The position numbers and the translations under genes are program-made. The notes below the pieces were generated by a model. It did not search any database and was not told the DNA's origin. It saw only the letters and a list, made by a program, of their open reading frames with translations. Shown piece after piece: positions 24,954-35,300 of a stretch of 64,000 nucleotides of DNA. Within the stretch, counting starts at the first letter, position 1. Every line of letters starts with the position of its first letter. The DNA comes from Balanoglossus misakiensis (taxonomy: Eukaryota > Animalia > Hemichordata), in assembly GCA_040954595.2 (NCBI GenBank), contig CM082577.2:14019903-14083902 (forward strand). Direction: 5' to 3'.

Positions 24954-27611
24954 TTGCAGAATTGGCATGAAATATTTGGTCATTGTAACCATGATGATAT
25001 TTTGAAGGTTGAGAAAATTGTCGATGGTATGAAAGTTACTGGTAATACTTCTAAACCCGTTGATTGTAATATTTGCACACTTGGGAAAATGACAAAAGGT
25101 CGAAATAGAGGACCCCGTGCTCGCTCAACTGTTCCATTAGAGTTGGTACATACTGATTTGGCTGGACCTATCGATCCAGTATCTAAAGAAAATTTCAGGT
25201 ATGCTGTAATTTTTACCGATGATTACTCAGGATTGATGTTTGTGTATTTTCTGAAAAGAAAGAGTGATACATTAGCTGCTACTGAGCAATTTCTAGCAGA
25301 TTCTGCCCCATGGGGAAATGTGAAAACTATGAGATCAGACAATGGATCAGAGTTTGTTTCGAATGCATACAAATCACTTCTCAGAAAGAACAGAATAAGA
25401 CATGAAACTTCTGCGCCTTATTCTCCTCATCAGAATGGCACAGCCGAGCGTCACTGGAGGACCCTATTTGAAATGGGTCGATGTTTACTTATTCAGGCCA
25501 ATCTTGATAAAGATATGTGGCCATATGCAGTAATGGCAGCTGCATACATACGAAATAGATGTTACAATAAGCGTATAGATCAGACACCATTTTTCGCTTT
25601 TACTGGCCGTAAGCCAAACGTCTCTAACATGAGAGTATTTGGTTCTGAATGCTATGTATATAGTTATGATAAGAAGAAATTAGACCCACGTTGTATCAAG
25701 GGTATCTTTGTTGGTTACGATAAGGGTAGTCCGTCATATTTGGTATATAATCCTGAAACGGGCAAGGTCATGAAACACAGAGTTGTAAAATTCATGAAAG
25801 TGGGTGCTCATGTTGATATACAAGAGAGTGAAGATGATTTTGTGTTGAAACGACACAGTAATGAAGTTGAGTTAGATCCAGGCAAAATTGATGTAAAACC
25901 CAGTGATGATAGGTCTGATCAATCTGAGGGAGCTCAAATTGATTCAGCACCTTCTGACACAAATTCACGATATCCTAGCAGAGTAAGAAAACCTCCTGCA
26001 TATCTGGGTGATTATGTTACTAGTTTGGAAGATGATCAAGTAATGTCCAGTATTGATTATTGTTACAAAGTTTCTGATTTTCCCCAGAGTTATGCTGAAG
26101 CAATCAAATCACCAGACTCTGAACACTGGAAAATTGCTATGCAAGATGAAATGAATTCTCTGAAAGAGAATAATACCTTTACTTTAACTCCTTTACCAGA
26201 GGGTAGAAAGGCAGTGGGGGGTCGTTGGGTTTATACTATTAAAGATAGTTCTGATGGTTCCCAAACTTACAAAGCTAGATATGTAGCAAAAGGGTATAGT
26301 CAAATGAAAGGTATAGATTATGATGAAACTTTTGCTCCAACTGCAAGAATGACTACTGTGCGTATTCTTATGCAATTTGCTGCACAGTATGATTTGATTT
26401 TACATCAAATGGATGTTAAAACTGCTTATCTTAATGCTCCAATTGATTGTGAAATATACATGGAACAACCTGAAGGTTTTGAAGTTCACACTGATGGTAA
26501 AAGTAAACTTGTGTGTAAATTGAACAAATCTTTGTATGGGTTGAAACAATCAGGCAGAAATTGGAATATTATGTTACATAATTACTTGTATGAAAATGGT
26601 TTTGTACAGCATTCTATTGACCCATGTTGGTATACAAAACAAGTTGATGATGGGATGATCGCAATACTTATCTGGGTAGACGATCTTATTATAGCAGCAA
26701 GTACTGATAAATCATTGTATAATGTCAAACAAATGCTGAAAGCTAAATTCAGAATGAAAGATCTTGGTAAACTTTCATATTTCCTTGGAATTCATTTTGA
26801 ACAAGGTGATGGTGTTGTAAAAATGAATCAAAAGAAGTACCTGTGTAAAATTCTTGAGAAATTTGAAATGGTCGACTGTAAACCAAGGTGTACTCCCTCT
26901 GGACAAAAACTTGATTGTGGTGATAATACGCCAGCTGATTCTAGAATTTATCGTGAAGCTGTTGGGAGTCTGATATATGCGATGACATGTACTAGGCCAG
27001 ACTTGTGTTGGATTGTAACCAAGCTGTCACAGTACTTGTCAAATCCACTCAAAGCCCACTGGTTGACTGTTAAACACGTATTCAGATATTTGAAGGGCAC
27101 TCTTGATTATGAGTTGTGTTTCAAGAAGTGTGATAATTTATCTTTAATGGGTTATAGTGATGCAGATTGGGCATCATGTACAGATGATAGACGTAGTGTA
27201 AGTGGATATTGTTTTAGTCTAACTAAAACAGGCCCTCTTATTTCTTGGAAATCAAGGAAGCAACCAACTGTCGCTCTGTCCTCTTGCGAAGCAGAGTATA
27301 TTGCACTTGCAGCAACCATTCAAGAAAGTATGTATTTGATTCAGTTGTTGAATGGTGTTGGTATCAGTGATAAGATAGAACCTGTTTTGATTTTTGAAGA
27401 CAACCAGGGTACAATTGCTTTAGCCAAAGATCCAGTCAATCATCAAAGGTCAAAACATATTGACATACGTTACCACTTTATTCGTCAAGAAATATCCAGT
27501 GGTAAAATTGTTCTGAAATATTGTCCCACAAATGACATGGTGGCTGACATACTAACCAAACCAGCAACGAGATGTAAATTAGACAAGTTCAAAGATTATA
27601 TCTTTGGTTGA
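24954..27611 (+). CDS. pol: Copia Pol remainder: integrase - reverse transcriptase - RNase H, uninterrupted frame
   Basis: HHCC (WHEIFGH...CNIC); DDE (VHTDLAGP, RSDNGSEF, NGTAER); RT (QMDVKTAYLN, LYGLKQSGRNW, IWVDDL); RNase H (GYSDADW, SCEAEY, EDNQG, SKHID, ADILTK). Confidence 0.96.
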   Translation: MQNWHEIFGHCNHDDILKVEKIVDGMKVTGNTSKPVDCNICTLGKMTKGRNRGPRARSTVPLELVHTDLAGPIDPVSKENFRYAVIFTDDYSGLMFVYFLKRKSDTLAATEQFLADSAPWGNVKTMRSDNGSEFVSNAYKSLLRKNRIRHETSAPYSPHQNGTAERHWRTLFEMGRCLLIQANLDKDMWPYAVMAAAYIRNRCYNKRIDQTPFFAFTGRKPNVSNMRVFGSECYVYSYDKKKLDPRCIKGIFVGYDKGSPSYLVYNPETGKVMKHRVVKFMKVGAHVDIQESEDDFVLKRHSNEVELDPGKIDVKPSDDRSDQSEGAQIDSAPSDTNSRYPSRVRKPPAYLGDYVTSLEDDQVMSSIDYCYKVSDFPQSYAEAIKSPDSEHWKIAMQDEMNSLKENNTFTLTPLPEGRKAVGGRWVYTIKDSSDGSQTYKARYVAKGYSQMKGIDYDETFAPTARMTTVRILMQFAAQYDLILHQMDVKTAYLNAPIDCEIYMEQPEGFEVHTDGKSKLVCKLNKSLYGLKQSGRNWNIMLHNYLYENGFVQHSIDPCWYTKQVDDGMIAILIWVDDLIIAASTDKSLYNVKQMLKAKFRMKDLGKLSYFLGIHFEQGDGVVKMNQKKYLCKILEKFEMVDCKPRCTPSGQKLDCGDNTPADSRIYREAVGSLIYAMTCTRPDLCWIVTKLSQYLSNPLKAHWLTVKHVFRYLKGTLDYELCFKKCDNLSLMGYSDADWASCTDDRRSVSGYCFSLTKTGPLISWKSRKQPTVALSSCEAEYIALAATIQESMYLIQLLNGVGISDKIEPVLIFEDNQGTIALAKDPVNHQRSKHIDIRYHFIRQEISSGKIVLKYCPTNDMVADILTKPATRCKLDKFKDYIFG

Positions 27612-27673
27612 CACTCAAACATTGTACATGTATAGAGTTTTGTACTGAACAAACATTTATGTTAATAACTCAT

Positions 27674-27688
27674 GAGATCAAGTGGGGG
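27674..27688 (+). other. Polypurine tract
   Basis: gagatcaagtggggg immediately before the TG of the 3' LTR. Confidence 0.85.
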
Positions 27689-27888
27689 TGTTGGCATACA
27701 TATTCAATGATCTCATTGTTATGTAAATGATTATGGACAAGTGCCCTCAAGAGGTACAGTTTGAAAATAAAAGTACCCCGGATATTCATCACTACTCCGG
27801 CCATATTGAAAGAAGGAACGTTCCAGTGTGCTGTGTTTTCAATCCGACTTATATTTCCTCCATCAAGGGCGATCCCCACAACGCAACA
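27689..27888 (+). repeat. 3' LTR (200 bp)
   Basis: Copy of 22596-22795 with a single difference (A at 27866 versus T at 22773); followed by TSD CCCGT. Confidence 0.97.
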
Positions 27889-28161
27889 CCCGTTTTACAG
27901 TATTTCCTCTTGTATAGAAAGTTTGCCTCGTATCAATTCGCAAAGTGACCTGTATTGTCTCTACCACGTTTGTCCGAATGCTGTGGCTACATTGTCTTCT
28001 TAGTGGGCTAAATACTGAAATCGAACAACACGCGCGATTTGGTATTGGGAGGACATGAACTATAACGTGTCGCTCTCCTGTGGAACAGAGGCGCTATTCA
28101 TGTCATATGTTCAACATTGCCACGAAGCGCCCGATCAGATGATATATACGCTTTCACATAA

Positions 28162-29322
28162 GGGACCGTTCAGTTTTTATGGCAGGGGGGGGGGGGGAGG
28201 GCGGCAAGTTTGTGTCATCGGTTTTCAAAATCAGGCCGACCCCCCCTTCACCCAGCACCAAAAAATGATGACCCCCCCCCCTTTGACAGATCCAAAAATA
28301 TGATGACCCCCCCTCCACGCCGAAAACATTCGCCATCCTGATCCTATGTACACTGTATCCAATAAAGGGAATGAGGCTCCTCACACCTCAATTATATAAA
28401 TTTCTTAAAAGTAATTGAGTATATAATAATATATCGTTGCAATAAAGAAATCTATGATCAAAATAAAATGACACGTCAATACAATAGTTACTAATAGTTA
28501 CTAGAATTGGTAAAACAAGAAAAGTGACGGGGGTGGGTGTGGGAGGGGTTATCCCCCTCCCACATAAGACACTTTTGTAAAATAAGTTGCATTTTAATGA
28601 ACTCAAAAGCAAATTAACTCAATGTTAGGCCGGAAAAAAATTAATTTTGGCACTCCACTCAAAGTAAGCATTGGGGTGGGGTGGCAAGAAGTCTGCCCGG
28701 CCTGGTGCACTAGACAAACCAGCAAATAAATGATATGTGGCGAAGAATGGAGGGGGTGGGTGAGAAAATTTTGTAAAATAAAGGGCGCGAAACTGCATTT
28801 TTATGAACTCAAAAGCAAATGATCTCAATGTTTGGGAGGACCAATTTTACTTTTTGCCACTCCACTCAAAGTTAGAAGATTTGGTGTCATCTTCGTCATG
28901 ACATCATTTATAAAACTTCTAGTATATAGAAGATGCAGCGCGAAAGTATAGGTTTTGGGAAATGGTTGAAACGATTATTCTCCTTTATGTATTTACTTTG
29001 TTAAATAATATCATCAGGGTTGGGGTGGCAAGCTCTCTGCCCTGGTACACTAGACAAACCAGGAAAAAACGAAATGTGGCGGAGAATGAAGGGGCAGGGT
29101 GTGGGAAGGGGTGTCCCCCTCCCACATGAGAAAATTTTGTAAAATAAAGGGCGCGAAACTGCAATTTTGTGGACTCAAAAGTAAAAGTTCGGTGGCAAAA
29201 GTATGTGACCCCCCCCTAAACGTAAAAAAACAACAGATGACCCCCCCCCTTTTGGACTTCAAAATTTAAGTGACCCCCCCTGGATTTTGCCCCCGCCCCG
29301 GCCGTAAAAACTGAACGGTCCC
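28162..29322. mobile_element. PIF/Harbinger-type MITE, family B
   Basis: TAA|GGGACCGTTCAGTTTTTATGGC ... GCCGTAAAAACTGAACGGTCCC|TAA; subterminal gacccccc repeats; internal duplicated modules. Confidence 0.9.
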
Positions 29323-32300
29323 TAACCACAACCTGATGCGCGTAAGATCAAAGGCGTTATCTTATGAGGTAAACGAATGACAGAATGATAGATTGACAAA
29401 CGTGAAACACGTCGTTTAATGGACAGATGAGCGATTTCAAATGTGGCAAATGAAAAATTGTAACAAGGGAAATTGCGACATAATAGCTACAGGCGCATTC
29501 GAATGGACTGGACGATCACGTACCCCAAAGTGCTACCGGCAAGAGATAAACATACTTAGTGAGGTGACGTTCTTGCGTCTTCTGAAATACGTAATCCAAT
29601 CGTCTCCTCCTGTCGGCGATGTGACGTTGAGAGGAAATTGAAGACAGATTTCTAGTGTTAAACAATTCTAGGCTTTCTGATTACTCAACTTAGTACATTC
29701 AGCAGACTGTGTATTTATTCAAGAGTGGCCAAAGTATTACACTTTCGGCGAAAAGAAACTCGATAAAGTAATTTAGGGAAAGAAAGATATACAAATGTGT
29801 AACATCGCAAACATATTACGAGTTTTAGAATCATCGGTTAGATTAAAGTTGTCGAGAAGTATTTATCTGTAAGCTTCAAAAAGCGCCAGCAAACAGGATG
29901 GAAAAATCGATTTTGTTCGAAATTAGTATGTTTCGCACGGATCCGTTGATGGCTTAAAAGTGAACCACTCCAAGCAGTTTTGATTGCGTTTACAGAAGAA
30001 AGGTTTTGCAATGAAACTAGCAAGCCATTGTTGGCGCAAGAAGGAGTGAGGAGATTTCAACATTGGAGACCAAAGAACTGGATTGTCAATTTACAGGCAA
30101 AGCTTGGCATAATTGGGCAAAATTATTGGTTAGACGGATAACGCCGCAGTCGTAGTACAACGCAAAATGGATCTGAACTAATTTAAACGTCATTTTTGCT
30201 GATGTTTTTGCTTGATTTCGTCCATTGAAATGATTGTTCTGAAAATGACGACAGCGTCGTTTAAACCACTCTCCAGCTGCACGTGTGATTTTCGATTAAC
30301 CTCACTTAATGAGCTGGAAAACAATTACGCAAATTACGCACGAATCGAGCATAGAAGTTCGACTCATTGAAAAACACGAAATAATAAATAATCTCTTTGT
30401 GCTTTTTGCCAAGCACTGGGACAACATTTGTATCCCTAATATATCGGTAGAGTGAAAGATAGAAGCTATTCAACTTTTCTTACAGTAATCGACAGAGTGG
30501 TTTTATTGCAGGTTCTGCGTGTGGTTGCTAAGCAGCGCAATACACCACCACGTGCGGTTACAGTGTTTGCAATTAACAACACTGGCAGATAATTAAACTA
30601 AACATTAGACATTGACATTATGCTTTTACCACTGTCATAAAGACAAGTTTGTAAAGTGCACCGAACTACACTACATTCCTACACAGTTTTTCCAAACATT
30701 TCCCTTGTCTTTCTTCATAGATGTATTACGCCCACGTTTGTCTGAGTGTAAGAGTTGTGTATGATTTTGTCGGCTGTGTCCGTGGGTCAATGTATCTGTG
30801 ACGTGGACGGATCTGTTGAAGTCACTAAACATGGAACGGTCTAACTATATGCACATCTTCAGTATGCAGATGAGTTGTAGGAATGACGTCAGCGCTGCCG
30901 TGGAAACCACCCTGACCAGTGTTTACTGGTGCCTTCAATAGCACTACAAGTTTGTTGTGCATTTTGCACCGCTGTGTCGTTGAAAGATGTTATATCCGCC
31001 ACGCGTTTTACATTGCGTATTAATTTCCTAGTGTGGTTAGTACACGCCGTGACAGAACTGGCAAATGTTTGTATTACAACGCCGCAACTTGTGAGCTTTC
31101 ATTTTGACATCAACGTTGGTCGCAATTTGATGGCCTTATAATATCGCCCGTAACTTGCACAAAGTAATTTGAACATGTTCTGGTGTAAAACAACGAGGCA
31201 TTTTGAGTCGGAGAAACATACATTCTCAAATTCAAAATTGTTTGAAAATTAAAAGGCAAATCCATTTGAAATGTTGATGTTCAAAATGATTCCCTGAAAA
31301 TTTGACAAAGAATTACATGTACGTATTTCAAAAAACAGACCTTTGCGACATTATGCGGTTCACAAACGAAAAGTGAACCCACAAGGCCACAACAATGCAA
31401 AATTGATAACTCAAACAGCGTGCATCGCCGCTTCGGTTGTAGACAGCACCTCTTACTTTATAAAATCACAAAAAAATTATAGCAATCTTCTTTTCTGTTT
31501 GTAAAACCAAAGATTTTAAAACGGCGCACGAGGTGGGCTCACACAATAGACCCATTAGTGCAATTACTTTTTGTCTTTGCTCGGATTGGATTTGACTCTA
31601 AATACAGTTTCTAGACACGTTTTGCAAGTAGAGTCAATTTAGGATCCCTCCTTTTGATCTCTGAAAGCCGCGTTGAGGTTTGAAGCCTGGAATTCAGATG
31701 CCAATACTTTTCATAAAACATCAATGTGTGATTTAATTTTAATATTCTAATACTTTACGAAGCCCAAGCTATGTAACCATGGATATTGTCCAAGTATAAA
31801 TATAGTCATAAAAATTTACAGATCATGATACTGAAGATGTACGTTCTACCATAACATTATTTCATGGCCACCGTATGCATGGTACACCGCGCACCTGGTT
31901 TAGTTATGAGTATTTAGCAGGTGTAACATTGCTTCTGAGTTCCGTGCAATATTTTTCATCGCATTTTTAAAAGTGGGTAATTATTTGCCCCGGCAGCTGA
32001 AAACTGTGCGGTAGCGATCCATTATAGCTCTACACGCAATGTCATGACGTGATCATTCCGAAATGGCGTCGTTATTTACGAGGCCTCGTTTTATTCTTAT
32101 GATTTTTGGGTGTGCGGGAGAGAAAATGAGGTTGTGGCATTGACGGATGTCTCATCGATAGCCACGCTGTTTTCGTTAAACAGTTGCCACTTCAGCCCGG
32201 ATGATCAGTTGATGGACGCAACAAAGGAATACAGATACGTATGGCATGTTATCACGTTCGGGCAGTGATTAAACGGGATTGGAACTCATATATTGAAGAG

Positions 32301-35300
32301 GCAAGATTATGATGTGTAATTTGCCTTACAAGATAACTCTCAATGAGAAAACGTGGTGACAAGCGATAAGCGTGTATGTAATGGACACAGGTCGCTATTT
32401 TGGAAATACATACAGTATATAGGCTATTATTTCTACGTTAAATTTGAAGAGTTTACCCGCATATTGATCATACGCTCTGATTAAAGTTATCCAAGAAATG
32501 TGACGTATTGTCTAGTATAGTTTTGTAGATGCATTGTCCATCATTCGAACGAATGACGGTTGGACGACCGTTGTGATTACATGTAGGCTTTTGGTATTCT
32601 GAGCAATCCAGCTACAATCACTAATAACAACGGTTGTGATTATTAATTTGCAAATAATTGTTCCAACTAAAATCGCGACCAGCAAAAACTTGCGAGAGTA
32701 TTTGTTGAACCATCAGAATAATGCGAAAATCGTATTGGCGCAATAAATGTCATCTCCCGACTCAAAATACTGCTTTATGAGTGAACTGCTCATCAGATTA
32801 TATTTTTTTTCCAAATTAAAACCTGCGTGTCGGATTCAAAAATTTGCCCATAGGCTTTAGTTTTAAATCAACCAAAATAATCAAAATCGATTTCGTCAAT
32901 GTTAATTTATACTTTACGTCTTCTCTCGTTGGTATGGCGGGAATTTTCTTGGAAAACAAACAGTATGCAAAAAGTGAGAATTAAAAACAGAGAGGAATCA
33001 TTGTGTAATCTCCCATCACTACTGTATAACCTTGATGTACTTATTTTGAAAACAACAACAACAAAGGTTTGTAGGACACGGCGTAATTTCGCATAATGCA
33101 ATAGAGACAACTTCAGACTACATATATTTCAAGAAATTCAAACTGTTTATGTATGTTATCCTACTCCTACACTTTGATAAACCACAATAACATTTATTCT
33201 TTTAATCTGTTCCGCTTCTGGCTGCACCTCCTTTGTTTTAAGCGGATCGCTCAATTTGTAATACATATACAAGATAGGCTCGTATATTTGCTTCTGTGTC
33301 TTAGAGTGCCTAGTCGAAAATCACGTTCAGTCTCTGTGTCAGGCTCGCGCGTGACACATGATGCATTATCAATCACTTCATCTGAGGTCTGGCCATCGAA
33401 ATTGAACACCGACTGTAATGCATTTTTCACTTTCATGCAAGACAAACATTTGCAGTGGAGTAGACGCACGCTGCCGATGAACAACACCGTAGGTACCGAC
33501 TTTACTGCTGCATGCAAGTAGCGGGCTATGCCAATATAGAGGTTTCACACTACAGGAATATTAGAGCCATTTAGCAGACTTAATATCGCTTGCTGTCACG
33601 ATATCTACTTGTATAACTCACTCATGCAAACAAAATTTTTAATCGGTGACAGGCAAATTTACGACCGCAAACTAGAATGGTGAATTTGAAACCTTTTAAA
33701 AACTGACAAGTATCACGATACTGATAATCTGGTGACTCAAATCAGCAATATTGGGAGCAGTTACGTCGCTCAAATAGACACGTACGCGCAGTGGGATATA
33801 ATTCCCTCTTTTAGAATTAGGGAACTTTTAGTTATGAAACGGAAAGGGTCATATTTTTCATTCCTGGCTTTGGGGCAGGTATACGTGAATTTTGAACGGG
33901 CGGTATTATTTGAATGTCCACCAGTCTGGTCTTACAATAAAATTGAATGGTTCCATTATTTATTTGAAATTTTGGATCACTAGATAAGGAAATACGCATG
34001 CGCATGTTTTCTATCAAACTTTTGTGATCCGTTATACTCTTTGAGGGGGAGTGGCGGTCTATTTGTGTTCTATTTTTAAAACGTCGTTGAGGTACGAAGC
34101 CCTCAGCAGAGTGCAAGGCACTAGGCCTACAGACGGTGCTGCACTATACCCGTACCTAGTAACAAACTCGTATGTGAATCTCACTATCTATATGGCGTAC
34201 ATGTAGTGTACACAATGTAGATGAGGAGGCTTTGTCCAAAATACAAACATTTAACTCATTATTGGACCGGCGTTTTCAAGGATGATATTGGGATATGGCC
34301 AAATTGCCAAATTATATGTTATTTTATATTCACGTTAGACTCCTAAATTGTTTTCTTCTAAATTTGCTGTTTAGGCCTATGTATAACATTCCTTGGTGAG
34401 GATTATTTAACAAACATTCACGGCCGAGTTATTTTTCAAAGAAAACTCCGTTCACATTGTGCATTACCCACACATACATTGTACGCGTTAATCCACCCGT
34501 CGTAAACGCTAACCGTTCCCTAAAATGGTTTCCAAACAATCGTTTCATTTGTAGTTGCACCTTTTTCTTAGTCGCGGGGAGGATAATGTTGGTCATTTTA
34601 GAGCACACATCTAAATACCTTGAAGTTTGTATTTTTATGATTGCAGTAACAATAGCGAGAGATAAAGAATTGGTCAGGTACTCCGGATCAGTATTAATGC
34701 TTGGAAAGATTATCCTCGCGCTCAGTACGATTAAAAGACTCGGCAAACAGAGAATATCTGTACGCGATATAGGCGAATGTATGCGTTTACTGACAAACAA
34801 TGCGACATGATTTTCCTAACACTCTGTAAGGTGTCATTGAAATAATTTCTTACTTAATTCACGTCTGTTGAAAATCATTCCATAAATCTGGTCTCCGACA
34901 GCGCTAATATCCCCTGAGACATTTTGCGAGTAAAGAATTTATAAAATGTTTAAATCAGTCAAATGCTTGTATTGGTGATCAAATAACAGGTGGTTGATTT
35001 TTCATGATAAAGCATAGAAATTTATTATTGAATTTACTATCAAGTTAAAAGGCGTAAGACTCGTACGGCTAAAACACAGCGAAATGAAAGATGTCGGGGC
35101 GAAGTTGGGCCATTTTACATTTCAGAGATCACTAGTTGTGATGGAACGGCGGCAAGTTTAAGTTCATCTGTTTCAAGTGGACTACACTGTTGCTATGCCA
35201 AAAATTAAAGTATATATACACTCGTGACGGCTCGTTTTATGTCAATTGTAAACACGCAAAATAATATCCCTTTAAATAGCGACGTATTCTGTCAGCATAG

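Larger units (their letters stand above)
22596..27888 (+). mobile_element. Full-length Ty1/copia LTR retrotransposon, interrupted by a LINE fragment
   Basis: 200-bp LTRs TGTTG...CAACA, 5-bp TSD CCCGT (22591-22595 and 27889-27893), PBS, PPT, and domain order gag-PR-IN-RT-RH. Confidence 0.98.
22402..27900. mobile_element. TA-targeting (Tc1/mariner-type) MITE of ~200 bp, split by the copia insertion (pieces 22402-22595 and 27889-27900)
   Basis: TA|CTGTAAAACGGGTTATTTTCGC ... GCGAAAATAACCCGT[copia]TTTACAG|TA. Removing the copia and one TSD restores a 22-bp TIR. Uninterrupted relative, inverted, at 59217-59410. Confidence 0.85.

Noticed and set aside
27727-27948. 73-aa ORF duplicating the start of the gag ORF
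   Set aside because: Simply the 3' LTR copy.
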